The notes below the pieces were generated by a model that saw nothing but the letters and a program-made list of their open reading frames with translations, was not told where the DNA came from and made no database searches. From Squalus acanthias (taxonomy: Eukaryota), in the NCBI GenBank assembly GCA_030390025.1, contig CM059432.1:14200001-14264000 (forward strand): a DNA stretch of 64,000 nucleotides, given 5' to 3'. Made by a program: the position numbers and the translations under genes. The first letter of the stretch is position 1, and every line of letters begins with the position of its first letter. Below, one piece after another: positions 13,191 to 25,751 of the stretch.

Positions 13191-14049
13191 TAATGAAGCA
13201 GTCCATGCCCGCATGCAACACGACCTGGACGACGTTCAGGCTTGGGCTGATAAGTGGCAGGTAACATTCGCGCCACAGATGTGCCAGGCAATGACTATCT
13301 CCAACAAGCGAGAGTCTAACCACCGCCCCTTGACATTCAACGGCATTACCATCGCCGAATCCCCCACCATCAACATCCTGGGAGTCACCATTGACCAGAA
13401 ACTTAACTGGACTAGCCACATAAATACTGTGGCAACAAGAGCAGATCAGAGGCTGGGGATTCTGCGGCGAGTGTCTCACCTCCTGACTCCCCAAAGCCTT
13501 TCTACCATCTACAAGGCACAAGCAAGGAGTGTGATGGCATACTCTCCACTTGCCTGGATGAGTGCAGCTCCAACAACACTCAAGAAGCTCGACACCATCC
13601 AGGATAAAGCAGCCCGTTTGATTGGCACCCCATCCACTGCCTTAAACATTCACTCCCTCCACCACCGGCATACCGTGGCTGCAGTGTGTATCATCTACAA
13701 GATGCAATGCAGCAACTCACCAAGGCTTCTTCGGCAGCACCTCCCAAACCCGCGACCTCTTCCACCTAGAAGGACAAGGGCAGCAGGCGCATGGGAACAC
13801 CACCACCTCCAAGTTCCCCTCCAAGTCACACACCATCCTGACTGTGAAGTATATCGCCGATCCTTCATCGTCGCTGGGTCAAAATCCTGGAACTCCCTGC
13901 CTAACAGCACTGTGGGAGTACCTTCACCACACGGACTGCAGCGGTTCAAGAAGGCGGCTCACCACCACCTCCTCAAGGGCAATTAGGGATGGGCAATAAA
14001 TGCTGGCCTTGCCAGCGACGCCCAGATCCCATAAGCAAATTTTTTAAAA
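13191..14049 (+). mobile_element. CR1/L2-group LINE family B, 3' fragment
   Basis: DLDDVQAWADKWQVTF..LGVTIDQKLNWTSHI..WNSLP; probable TSD ACTGA (13186-13190, 14050-14054). Confidence 0.88.
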
Positions 14050-14717
14050 ACTGAGTTTTTCTGCACAGATTTGAGCCAGTTGCAGAAAGAAAAGCTATTT
14101 GACCAAGTCATGACACTTGCCCAAGGGTGGAATGAGGACAGACATCCCAGATTCTTATCTGTCTGTGCTTCCTGATGCATGATAATCTGAAGTGACAACC
14201 GAGTGTACACGTGCATGAAAATATCATGTTATAAGTACCTCAGGCCAGATTTAACAAGATGGCATTATATCAAAAATGAATGGGCCCTGGCAGAAAAATA
14301 ATGAGGATTTTATTTTAAAGTATGATAGCAAATGAGAAGAAGCAGTAGGGAAGGCGGTGCTTGGGCCCCACTGTTCAGGGAGCAGTGCAGAGATACATAT
14401 CAATCATTGCTAGTGTGAAAGATGCACCATGCAGCAGGCTGCTCTCTTCATGTTCTTGACTCCGTTACTATTTTTGGCTCAGTTGATGTATTCCGTTTCA
14501 TGGAGCTGGTTGAATTATCGATTCACTGCAAACCCTGGGGACCCAGTTGTGAGCCACTGTAAACGCTACCTACATTTAGTCTGCTTTTATTCCGATGCCA
14601 TATGTTGTAATGCACCTCGATAGCCATGCAGTGAACGGTGAACTCCATACTCCTATCACATCACAGTTTTTAACAGTGCTCTGCGTAATATGTTTTTTTA
14701 CAACGAATAAAACATCG

Positions 14718-14915
14718 TTCATTCATCGTCGCTGGGTTAAAATCCTGGAACTCCCTCCCTAACAGCACTGTGGGAGTACCTTCACCACACGGACTGCCGT
14801 GGCTCAAGAAGGCGGCTCACCACCACCTTCTCGAGGGCAACTAGGGATGGGCAATAAATGCTGGCCTTGCCAGCGACGCCCACATCCCATGAACGAATAT
14901 AAAATTAAAAAAATA
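14718..14915 (+). mobile_element. LINE family B extreme 3' end
   Basis: Near-identical to 13862-14035. Confidence 0.85.
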
Positions 14916-15499
14916 AATAAACCAGCTCCAAACAATCTAAAAAATGCCCAAACCTACTGGCGATATTACCGCTAATATTTAATTTAATTCCTTTTATTTT
15001 CACAGATTCGTGCGGGACAGCTTGGCTCAGTTGGTAGCAGGTTGTGTATTAAAGGTTCACTCCAGGATTTGCAAACGTAAGCGAGGCTGACACTCCAGTG
15101 CAGTACTGAGGGGGTGAGGGGGGTTGGCAAGGCAGCTGAGGGTGATTTAAAATTTAAAAGGCAGCATCGGCTGCTGCAATCGAACGCCAATCGGCAGCAT
15201 AAAGGAACGTGACAAAAACGTTGACATTATTTTCCTTCCGCTGGCGCTGCCAGCCATGCGAGACAAGTGCCACAACCTTTATTCTCTTCCCCACCTGAGA
15301 CATGCAACCCTGGTGGGACTGGAAATGCCACTGGCAAATCCCCACAAATATTATAATTGGCCTGAACCCTGGGCACAACAGCTGCAGTCTCATCGACCTG
15401 GCAAGAATCCCACCAGTTTGGAAAATCCAAGCTATGGGTGTGATCATTGCAACAGGGAGAAGGTCTGGCCTGCTTTAGAAGTCTTCTTAAAACTAAATT

Positions 15500-16050
15500 T
15501 GTTTTGATAATTGACCCAACAGCCTCCTCCTTATGTGCCTCCCCAGGAGTTCCATCACCTCTTTCTCAGAGGCCAAAGGTAGGGGTCCATCTCCAGTGTC
15601 CTGACTCTCACGGGCGTTGCGTGCCACCTTTTCCTGCAAGAACCCAGGTGTCAGCAGACGGAAAGTGTGACAGACATGCCCTGTGCTGGAAGGAAACACA
15701 GATATGAGAGGTGAACGCTGGAAGAGTCAGCATACATGTGAGGCTGTGAAGGGAGATCCAGGCACATTTGAGAGAGTCAGGGGTGCAAGGGCACAGCAGT
15801 GTACACTACAGTCCTCTGTTGGAGCCCATGAACATTGGGAAGAATGGACTGACATGCTTGGTACTACAGTGCATTCAGGGAAGTGGGGGGGACTGCTCTT
15901 GTCTGTTCGCATCAGGCTATTAAACTTCCTGCGGCATTGCACTGTCATCCTGGGTGCCAAAGAAATAGTGCCGCTGCCACCACCTTCTACATGGCTTGGA
16001 GGTCAATGGCTTCTTCAAATACACTCCAAGAAGGCTTTCCCTCATGTGCT
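15500..16050 (-). pseudogene. Decayed Harbinger-type Myb/SANT gene (2 exon remnants)
   Basis: PRMTVQCRRKFNSLMR and CAG|EKVARNARESQDTGDG..EKEVMELLG resemble exons 1 and 2 of the gene at 31035-32924. Confidence 0.6.
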
Positions 16051-16069
16051 TCAATAGAACATTTATTTT

Positions 16070-16880
16070 CATTATTTATTCATTCTTGGGATGTGGGCGT
16101 GGTGGCAAGGCCCCTCCCTAGTTGCCCTGAGAACTTGAACCGCTGCAGTCCGATTGTTATTCTTTGTAGTGCTTTGATACAACTGAGTGGCCTGCTAAAC
16201 CACTTCAGTGGGCAGTTAAGAGTCAACCACATTGGTGTGGGACTGGAGAAAGAAAGAAAGAAAGACTTGCATTTATATAGCGCCTTTCACGACCACCGGA
16301 CGTCTCAAAGCGCTTTACAGCCAATGAAGTACTTTTGGAGTGTAGTCACTGTTGTAATGTGGGAAACGCGGCAGCCAATTTGCACACAGCAAGCTCCCAC
16401 AAACAGCAATGTGATAATGACTAGATCATCTGTTTTTTGTTATGTTGATTGAGGGATAAATATTGGCCAGGACACCGGGGATAACTCCCCTGCTCTTCTT
16501 CAAAATAGTGCCATGGGATCGTTTGTGTCCACCTGAGAGAGCAGACGGGGCCTCGGTTTAACGTCTCATCCGAAAGGCGTCACCTCCGACAGTGCAGCGC
16601 TCCCTCAGCACTGCACTGGAGTGCCAGCCTAGATTTATGTGCTCAAGTGTCTGGAGTGGGACTGGAGGCACATATAGGCCAGGCCACGTAAGGACGACAA
16701 GTTTACTTCCGTAAAGGACATTGGTGAACCAGATGGATTTTTTTTTATGACACTCTGATCCCAGCTTTTTATTTCCAGATTTTTAACTGAATTCAATTTC
16801 TCGAACTGCCGTGGTGGGATTTGAACTCAGGTTCTTTGCATTATTAGTGCAGGCCTCTGGATTACAACTACCAGTAACAC
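16070..16880 (-). mobile_element. tRNA-derived SINE family 2, interrupted by a Deu-SINE
   Basis: B-box GTTCAAATCC on - strand near 16820; similar to 59240-59545; 3' end matches the LINE family B tail. Confidence 0.6.
16249..16655 (-). mobile_element. Deu-domain SINE
   Basis: Full core and tail; flanked by the direct repeat GTGGGACTGGAG. Confidence 0.8.
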
Positions 16881-16910
16881 TTCTAGGCCTGCTTCAGAGA
16901 AACTGCCTAC

Positions 16911-16993
16911 CTGATGCTTTGAGGGTGGTCTTCCTCCATTCCCTCTTCGACCCTGCTGTTAACTCCAAAGTGAATGGAAGCTGTTGTGCCCAT
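16911..16993 (-). CDS. Candidate first coding exon of an unidentified host gene (MGTTASIHFGVNSRVEEGMEEDHPQSI)
   Basis: Acceptor ...CCACTGCAG at 17084, Kozak GCGGCCATGG, MGxxxS start, donor AG|GTAGGC; no homology recognised. Confidence 0.3.
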
Positions 16994-17359
16994 GGCCGCT
17001 TTCCAGCCAGTCAATAGTGAGGCCCCTCTTCCTGATACAGCTCGAGCTGTGAGGGTCTGATGAAGTTCTGGGACTTTTAAATCCTGCAGTGGGGCAAGCA
17101 ACTGGCGCAAATGGCTGGATTAAAAAAACGAGAGTCATCAAGACTCGCCTTTCCACCAAGTTCTCCTTTCCACCAGCGGTCGCCTCTGTGTGTTCCAGTC
17201 GGCTACTTGTTTCAGTTCAGTCTAAAGTCACGGGCAACTGCAAAACGTGATGAGGAATCTACTCTGTACTAGCAGTCTGTTGCTCACGGTACTCTACCAC
17301 AATTATTTCAGGCCTGCTGTACGTCAGCAGCAACCAGAAGGAATTTCATAAGACAATTT

Positions 17360-17717
17360 AGGGGTTGCCAACCCTCCAGGATTGCCCTGGAGTCTCCAGG
17401 AATGAAAGAATAAGCTCCAGGACGCCGCTGCCAGCAAAGCAAAAGAGCAAAATCATAGGGGCATTAAAAATAATTTTTTTTATTTAAATTCTTTGAACGC
17501 TTTTGTTTATTAGTTTTAAAAATATCAGACATGGGGGAGAATAGGCTGTTGACGGACACTGAAGAATCATCCAATCAGGTTTATTCAACTTTCCGATTGG
17601 TGTAGGACGTGCTGGGCGACCAATGGCGGCAATGTGGGGGGGGGGGGGGGGGCAGTCGAAGGCAGGAGGTCATGTGATGAAACCTCCAGGAATACGTCCA
17701 ACCAGAGTTGGCAACTG
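17360..17717. mobile_element. Short non-autonomous DNA transposon (hAT/Blackjack-like TIR)
   Basis: GTTGCCAAC (17364-17372) and GTTGGCAAC (17707-17715) inverted termini; internal CTCCAGGA repeats. Confidence 0.55.
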
Positions 17718-18669
17718 TTTTGATCACGTGTGTTTCTGGCTGCCCTCCATCTAACACAAAAGAACGTTGTGTGAGGTTCTTTTATTTATTATGTGGTCCA
17801 TCTTTTCAGCTGTAATATCTGTCAGTGTCGACGCTGCCTGCTGGACTGCTCCATATCATTGCTGCGTAATGATGCCCAGATTGAAGATTGAGAGGATTTA
17901 TTCTTTGTGAAGCCATTAAGAAACTTTCAGCAATAGATATTCAAAAGCAGCAGATATTACCGTTTGTCCTTTACAGCGGTGTCTGAATTTCTCAAGGTAA
18001 TTTACCACCAGTAGTAAATTCGATGAAATTGCGTCGATTTTCCGAGTTCAAAATAAAAATTGAGCCAACTGACCTTGGCCTACTGGCAGTAAGGAAGAGA
18101 ACAAGGCAAATAAATCTAAGCTGCCAAGAAAGCCACAAGACAGGCAAAGTGAATTACCACCTTCAGTTACACAATGTATCAGACACCAAGAGGGTTATAG
18201 AGTCTCCAACTAAAACCTAAGTTTCATCACAACATTGAAATCCCTGGCGAAGAATTTACCAAAGATACAGAGGATTGTTAAAAGAAATTTAGCGAGATTA
18301 AAAGGGTGGGTAGGGTAGACGGAATTTGCACATGACCAGCAAAGGAAAATAAAATGGCCTTAACCATCTAAAATAACCCTGTAATCTCTGTTTGATGTAG
18401 GATGGGTCAAATAAACTCAAATAAATAATTTTTCCGACAAACAAAATCTGTGGGCTGCCGCCTCCATTAACATTGCAGACAAATGAACTTCATACGAACA
18501 TATTAGGTGTTCTCAAGCTAATATTCACACGTCATAATTTCAAGGCCTCAGGACTCAGGGCCTGCTCTGAGAAAGCCAAGTTGTGCGGTCACATGACTCA
18601 TATACAATATCAAAATGATTACTGAACTAAAAAAATTCTTCATGAAATTAAAAGACTGCAATTTCTCGG

Positions 18670-19827
18670 AATATAGGAACAGGAGTAGACCATTCAGCTC
18701 CTCGAACCTGCTCTGCCATTCAATGAGATCATGGCTGATCTGTGAACTAACTCCATCCACCTGCCTTGGCTCCATATCCTTTTATACCCTTGTCTAGCAA
18801 AAATCCATCAATCTCAGGTTTAAAATCATTAATTGAGCCAGCATTTATCGCTTTTTGTGGGAGAGAGTTCCACACTTCTACCACCCTTTGTGTGAAGGCG
18901 TGTTTCCTAACTTCTCTCTTAAATGGCCTGGCTCCAATTTTAAGGTTATGTCCCCTAGTCCCTGACTCCCCCACCAGTGGAAAAGGTTTCTCTCTATCTA
19001 CCCTATCAATGCCTTTTAAAATCCTAAAAACTTCAATCAAATCACCCCTTAACCTTCTATATTCCAGGGAATACAAGTCTAGTTGATGTAATCTCTCCTC
19101 ATAATCTAACTCTTGGAGCACTGATAACATTCATTCTGGTTAATCTGTACTGCACTCTTTCCAAGGCCAGTATATCCTTTCTAAGGTATGGTGCCCAGAA
19201 CTGTACACAGTACTCCAGATGTGGTCTAACCAGGGCTTTGTAGCAAAACTTCCTCCCCTTTATATTCTAACCCTCTACTGTATTTTTGTTATCTGTGTAC
19301 TTGGGCCCCTAAATCTATTTGGACCTCCACTGTACCTAGCTTTTCACCATTTAAAAAGGACTCGGATCTATCCTTTTTTGGTCCAAAATTTATGACCTCA
19401 CACTTTTACCTGCGTCGAAATCCATCTGCCACACTTACGCCCACTCACTTAATGTGTCATCAGCAAACTTGGATATATGGCTCTCTATTGTGTTATCTAA
19501 GTCATTATTAAATATAGTGAATAATTGAGGCCCCAGCACAGAGCCTTGCGGGACACCACTAGTCACTTGCTTCCAATTCAAGTACATACCCATTATCCCT
19601 ACTCTCTGTCTTCAACCGCCTAACCAATCTCCTCGCCAGGTCAATAATTTGCCTTTGATTCTATGAGCTGTAACTTTAGCTAACAGTCTCTTATGTGGAA
19701 CCTTATCGAATGCCTTCTGGACGTCCATATAAACTACATCCATAGACATTCCTCTGTCTACTGCTTTAGTTACTTCCTCAAAAAATTCAATCAGGTTCAT
19801 TAGACATGACCTACCCTTTACAAATCT
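18670..19827 (-). mobile_element. CR1 LINE fragment (continues at 20345-20472)
   Basis: ORFs 18747..19130 and 19612..19875 (GRSCLMNLIEFFEEVT..KAFDKVPH). Confidence 0.9.
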
Positions 19828-20212
19828 AGAATAACAATAGAAAATGCTGGAAACACTCAGCAGGTCAGGCAGCATCCGTGGAGAGAGAAACAGAGTTAGC
19901 GTTTCAGGTCTGTCAGAACTGGAAAAAGTTAGAGATGTAACAGGTTTTAAGCAGGTGCAGAGGCAGGGAAAGGGGGGAGGGGAGGAAAGAACAAAAGGGA
20001 TGGTCTGTGATAGGGTGGAAGGCAGGAGTGGTTAAATGTTGCAAATGGGGATGGCAGAATCATCAACAGCTGCCATGTGGAAAAATAGGGGCAGGGGTAA
20101 TAGTCTGAAATTGTTGAACTCAATGTTGAGTCCAGAAGCTTGTAAAGTGCCTAATCGAAAGATGAGGTGCTGTTCCTTGAGCTTATGCTGAGTTTCATTG
20201 GAACAATGTAAG
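19828..20212 (-). mobile_element. Penelope-like element 3' fragment (GIY-YIG C-terminus)
   Basis: KLKEQHLIFRLGTLQASGLNIEFNNF; homologous to 42154-42799; ribozyme stem II deleted. Confidence 0.8.
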
Positions 20213-20267
20213 AAAAAATTGAGAGGTCGCACAACACCAGGTTATAGTCTAACAGTTTTATTTGAAA

Positions 20268-20309
20268 TCACAAGCTTTCGGAGCTATCGATTGCTCCTTC
20301 CTCAGGTGA
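20268..20309 (-). ncRNA. Minimal type I hammerhead ribozyme (family 2)
   Basis: TCAC-CTGAGGA-A-GGAGC-aatcgata-GCTCC-GAAA-GC-TT-GTGA: conserved core, stems I and II pair. Confidence 0.75.
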
Positions 20310-20624
20310 AGTAAATTAGATACAGAATGTAAGAAGCCATAGCTATGTTGGCTCTCTCTAATCAGCTCAAAGTTCTCTAAGTGCTCAGTCACTCTGTCCT
20401 TAATGATAGATTCCAATAACTTCCCCACAACAGATGTTATACTAACAGGTCTATAATTTCCTGGTTTCTCTCCTAAAATAAAGAGGAAAAGCTGCAAATG
20501 CTAGAAATCTGAAAGGAGAATAAGAAGTTCTGGAAATATACAGCAGGTCAGTCGGCATCTGTCAAGAGAGCAGGCAGGTTAGGATGTTTCAAATGTGTAC
20601 CATTTGGTCATCAGAAGGATACAC

Positions 20625-21366
20625 ACCTGAAATTCTCTTTACAGATGATGCTGGGGGTCGGAAGTATGAGTTTCCCGGAGTTTCTGCCGAATTTCACGGT
20701 AGGACCTGATTTTTTTTTTTTAATTCTCTGTTTCCCAGCTGCAGCCAGCCAGATTGAGAGTCTGGATGGCTTTCGGGCGGGTAGGCCTGCAGCTCCAGGT
20801 GGCAGCTGGGGATCTGTCATTGGGAGAGGAGCAGTCACTGGGAGGGGGGTAGGTGATCGGCAGTCATCAGGAGGGAGTCGGACATCGGGAGGGAGTCGAA
20901 CAGCAGGAGGGAATCGGACATCGGGAGGGAGTTGGTAATCCGGGTGGGGGGGCAGACAGATTGTGGGGGGAGGTCGGACAGATCACGGGACAGGGGTTTA
21001 CAGGTTTGCCTCTTGGGCCTGGGGAAAGCACTCCTGCTCCTCCTGGCCTACAAGCAGTGCTGTATAGACTCTAAGCTGATGGATCCGGCCCGTCACACCT
21101 CCCTTCAACTGCCGGGTTGCCCGAGGCCCAGCAAAACCCGTCCTGCAGGCGTTAAAGATAAAAGTTGAGTTAAAATGGAGGCACACAGCCTCCTTAAAAT
21201 ATTTTAAAGAGGGATACGCCTCCTGGGAGCGGCTTGGTTGCCCGTCCCCTGACCTTCCTCCGTTAAAACCGGAAGTGGGCGGGTTGGAGGCCAGTTAGGG
21301 TCAGGTTGCCCATTTTTTTAATTTTAATCCTCCCCCAACTGGCCTGGGGGGTTAACATTACCCCTG
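20625..21366. repeat. Probable non-autonomous DNA transposon remnant with ~18-bp G-rich tandem repeats
   Basis: GGAGGGAGTCGGACATCG-like units at about 20865-20935; GGCGGG subterminal-like motifs; only one clear terminus. Confidence 0.4.
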
Positions 21367-21407
21367 ATGTTTCCAATTGTGGGGGAGTCCAAAATGAAGA
21401 GCCCATA

Positions 21408-21623
21408 AATAGAAAATAAGAACAGAAAATGCTGGAAATACTCAGCAGGTCAGGCAGCATCTGTGGAGAGAGAAACAGAGTTAATGTTTCAGGTCAATGA
21501 AGCTCTAGCGAAAGGTCATCGACCTGAAACGTTAACTCTGTTTTTCGCTCTCCACAGATGCTACCTGACCTGCTGAGCATTTTCTGTTTTTATTTCAGAT
21601 TTCCAGCATCCACAGTATTTTGC
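21408..21623. repeat. Inverted pair of Penelope-like termini with a degenerate hammerhead at the centre
   Basis: 21408-21500 is the reverse complement of about 21517-21600; centre CTAGCGAAAGGTCATCGACCTGAAACGTTAAC. Confidence 0.75.
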
Positions 21624-21639
21624 ATGTGTATTAGCCATA

Positions 21640-21918
21640 CACGTAAGGTAGTCGCTAATAAATCCAATAGGGAATTCAGGAGAAACTTCTTTACCCAGAG
21701 AGTGCTGAGAATGTGGAACTCGCCACCACAGGGAGTGGTTGAGACGAATAGCTTAGATGCATTTAAGGGGAAGCTAGATGAGTACATGAGGGAGAAAGGA
21801 ATAGAAGGAGATGATGATAGGGTTAAATAAGGGAGGAGGCTCGTGTGGAGCATAAACATAGACCAGTTGGGCCGAATAGCCTGTTTCTGTGTTGTAAAAT
21901 TCTATGTCGTTCTGTGTA
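21640..21918 (+). mobile_element. CR1 LINE 3' end
   Basis: FRRNFFTQRVLRMWNS; CR1 tail. Confidence 0.85.
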
Positions 21919-22579
21919 ATCCTTGTGGGACCTCTGCTGGGAGGGGATTTAAAATCTACCCTGTTGTATATTTGCAGAATTTTCTGATTTAATTTCAGAT
22001 TTCTAGTTTTTTTTTAAATATCCAATAACATTTTCATATTGTAATAATGTAAAGAAAAAGAACACAAGGTGTATACCTTTTTTTCAAATTGTTTCCAGTA
22101 GAGATTTATTTTGTAAATTTACAATTGTAGGACCCTTTGATATAATTCACAATCATAATCTATTTCAAAGGTTTTTTCTAGAGTTTGCGAGAGCTCGAGG
22201 ATTCATCCTGCATCAGAATCCGTGGCTTGCTCATAACAATTGTGCCACGATGTGAGGCTGCCTCCTTGAACTGCTCTCTGATGGCACTACACAGAGACTG
22301 GAACAAACCGGCAGCATCAATACAGGCAATTAGCACGGGTGGGTGGCTATGTCCAAACTCTCCGAGCCACAAAGGTAAAAAGCACCTTAAGAGGATCCAC
22401 GGTGGGTACCCATTGTATTGATTCAATGGACAGTCCTGATGAATGATGACACGGCTGATCTTGCAATGTTGTGACGCCAAGTCCGGCTTTTCGACTCTGT
22501 CTAATGGGTTTTCACTTGGGTTTCTGCTGTTCCGTCATGGCTATAGAAGTCAACGCATCAATTTTGCTTTAAAATGATT

Positions 22580-23294
22580 GGCCCAGAAATTCGCGTGTCC
22601 GGCTTGCCGCGGGGGTAAGGATCGCACGCGCTCTTACCTACCGCGCCTGCCGTTGTGTTTTGGGCCCACGGGAACTTCGGGTCCTGGGCCTCTCCCAACT
22701 GCCGGCGCACAGTGCTTGCGTGTTCCAGGGACGTAGTTAGTGCGATGTGACCCCTGGGATCACGTGGGATCACCTGTCAAATCTGTGAATTGAAATCGGC
22801 CCCAAAAGAACAGCTAAACTTAAAATAAATTTAAAAAAAAAACCATCACATTTATAAAATAACTATAGTTAAATAAATTAACCACTTTAAACAAAAATTT
22901 AAATTTTTGAAAAAATTAAAATACTTTTTAAAAGTTATAAAAATAAACTTACCTTTCTTTAAAGTATCTAAAAAAGATAAACCTGTTGAAAAAAATTTTA
23001 AATTATACTTAATTAACCACTTACCTTGTTCAAAACGGGTCTTGCGCTTCCTTTTCATTAGCGTAGTATCTTCCATACTTAACCTCGCGTAGAAACCTGA
23101 AAAAAAATCTAAGTGTGCTGCGTGTGCGCAGCCTCTAGCGTGCACGCGGTTCACCTAGGAACCGCCCCCTTCACCATACCGGAAGTTCCGGTTTCCCGCG
23201 CATGCGCAGTGCATGCAGGAAACCGGCACTTCGGGAAGCAATACGGGTGAGTACACAGTCCGTACTCACCCGGGAAGGGCCGAATTTTTGGGCC
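22580..23294. mobile_element. MITE (Harbinger/Tourist-like)
   Basis: TIR GGCCCAGAAATTCG / CGAATTTTTGGGCC; flanks ATT and AAT; GC-rich arms around an AT-rich core. Confidence 0.7.
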
Positions 23295-23439
23295 AATATA
23301 AACAGTTTGAAGTTGTACAAGCTGGGTGTGATGTGGCAGGTATTAATGTCATTGTATTGGATTCATTGAGTATTGTGACTTGGGTACACTCACACAAGAT
23401 GGGTAGTGCAGGACTACTTGCATCTAGTACGCTTCCACA

Positions 23440-23757
23440 GGAACATAGCCACAGGAGTGGGCCATTCAGCCTCTCGAGCCTGTTCCGCCATTGAATTAGA
23501 TTATGGCTGATCTGCATCTTAACTCCATTTACCCACCTTGGTACCATATCCCTTAATACCCTTACCTAACAGCCTCAACAGCTGTTTGGGGGAGAAAGTT
23601 CCAGATTTCCACTTGCCTTTGTGTGAAGAAGTGCTTCCTGAACGGCCTCGCTCTAATTTTAAGGTTAAGCCCCCTTGTTCTGGACTGCCCCACCAGAGGA
23701 AATAGTTTCACTCTATCTACCATATCAAATCCTTTAATCATCTTAAATCATCTTAAA
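23440..23757 (-). mobile_element. CR1 LINE 3' end
   Basis: Similar to 10292-10630. Confidence 0.8.
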
Positions 23758-24186
23758 TTGCAGTTCACAAGCAGCTGAATAACCAAACATTGAAAACACT
23801 ACAATATAGTGCATTAACGTAATATACTGCGATCAGTGCATTTAAAAAAATATTCCCATGAAAATCACTCTCAAGTGGGATTACCTGATAGGCTGAACAA
23901 AGCTACCCCTGGCGCACAATGAATTCCCAGTAAATAGTTGCTATCATCCTTCCTAGACAGTTTCATTTATCTTCATTAAACCAGCCACAGAGGATGGTTT
24001 CTAATATATTCTCCATTCCCAGTAAACAAGTGAAGCAATGAAATAGCACTTCATGCTGAAAATGAAGGAATATATTCACTCACAACCTTGCAAAAAGGAA
24101 ATAAACGATTGAGAAAGTACTCTAAGGTATAAAAGCTAAAAGTGAAGATCATTTTCCCCCAGTTTTCACTGCTATCAAATGTATTA

Positions 24187-24356
24187 AAAGAAAGACTTGC
24201 AGTTATATAGCGCTTTTCACATCCACCTGACGTCCCAAAGCGTTTTACAGACAATGAAGTACTTTTTGAAGTGCAGTCACTGTTGCAATGTAGGAAACGC
24301 GGCAGCCAATTTGCACACAGCAAGCTCCCACAAACAGCAATGTGATAATGACCAGA
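24187..24356 (-). mobile_element. Deu-SINE 3' fragment
   Basis: Matches 16255-16425. Confidence 0.8.
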
Positions 24357-25650
24357 TAGAATCATAGAATGGTTACAGCACAGAAGGGGGCCATTCAGCC
24401 CGTCGAGCCTGTGCCAGCTCTCTGCAAGAGCACTTTGACTAGTCCCACTCCCCTGCCCTTTCCCCGTAGCCCTGCAAATATTTTTCCTTCAGGTACTTAT
24501 TCAGTTCCCTTTTGAAAGCCACGATTGAGTCTGCCTCCACCGCCCTTTCAGGCAGTGCATTCCAGATCATAACCACTCGATGTGAAAAAATGTTTTCCCT
24601 CATGTCGCCTTTGGTTCTTTTGCCAATCACCTTAAATCTGTGTCCTCTGGTTCTCGACCCTTCTGCCGATGGGAACAGTTTCTCTCTATCTACTCTGTCT
24701 AGACCCCTCATGATTTTGAACACCTCTATCAAATCTCCTCTCAATCTTCTCTGCTCTAAGGAGAACAATTTCGGTTTCTCCAGTCTATCCACGTAACTGA
24801 AGTTCCTCATCCCTGGAACCATTCTCGTAAATCTTTTCTGCACCCTCTCTAAGGCCTTCACATCCTTCCTAAAGTACGGTGCCCAGTTTTGGACACAATA
24901 CTGCAGTTGAGGTCGAACCAGTGTTTTATAAAGGTTCATCATAACTTGCTTGCTTTTTAACTCTTTGCCTCTATTTATAAAGCCCAGGATCCCGTATGCT
25001 TTTTTAACCGTTTTCACAACCTGCCCTGCCACCTTCAATGATTTGTGCACATATACCCCCAGGTTTCTCTGTTCTTGCACCCCTTTAGGATTGTAACCTT
25101 TGGTTATATTGCCTTTCCTCATTCTTCCTACTAAAATGTAACACTTTGCACTTTTCTGCGTTAAATTTCATCTGCCACATGTCCGCCCATTTCACCAGCT
25201 TATCAATGACTTCTTTAAGTCTATCACTATCCTCCTCACTGTTCACTATACTTCCAAGTTTTACGTCATCTGCAAATTTTGAAATTGTGCCCTGTACACC
25301 CAAGTCCAAGTCATTAATATATATCAAGAAAAGCAGTGGTCCTCGTACCGACCCCTGGGGAACACTACTGTATACCTTCCTCCAGTCCAAAAAACAACCG
25401 TTCACCACTACTCTCTGTTTCCTGTCACTTAGCCAATTTTATATCCATGCTGTCCCTTTTATTCCATAGGCTTCAACTTTGCTGGCAAGCCTATTATGTG
25501 GCACTTTATCAAATGCCTTTTGAAAGTCCATGTATACCACATCAACCACATTGCCCTCATCAACCCTCTCTGTTACCTCATCAAAAAACCCAATCAATTT
25601 AGTTAAACACAATTTGCCTTTAACAAATCCGTGCTGGCTTTCTTTAATTA
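24357..25650 (-). mobile_element. CR1 LINE fragment
   Basis: VPQGSV.GPLLFLIYINDL..KFADD RT motifs; 227-aa C-terminal ORF; tail. Confidence 0.93.
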
Positions 25651-25751
25651 ATACAACAACAACAACTTGTATTTATATAGTGCCTTTAACATAGTAAAAT
25701 GTCCCAAGGCACTGCACAGGAGTATTTTAAGACAAAAAAATTTGACAAATA

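Noticed and set aside
19895..19925. Hammerhead position in the 19828 Penelope fragment
   Set aside because: Part of the core and stem II are deleted, so it cannot fold
20860..20940. Short regularly spaced repeats, superficially CRISPR-like
   Set aside because: Tandem ~18-mers without unique spacers, in eukaryotic DNA with no cas genes
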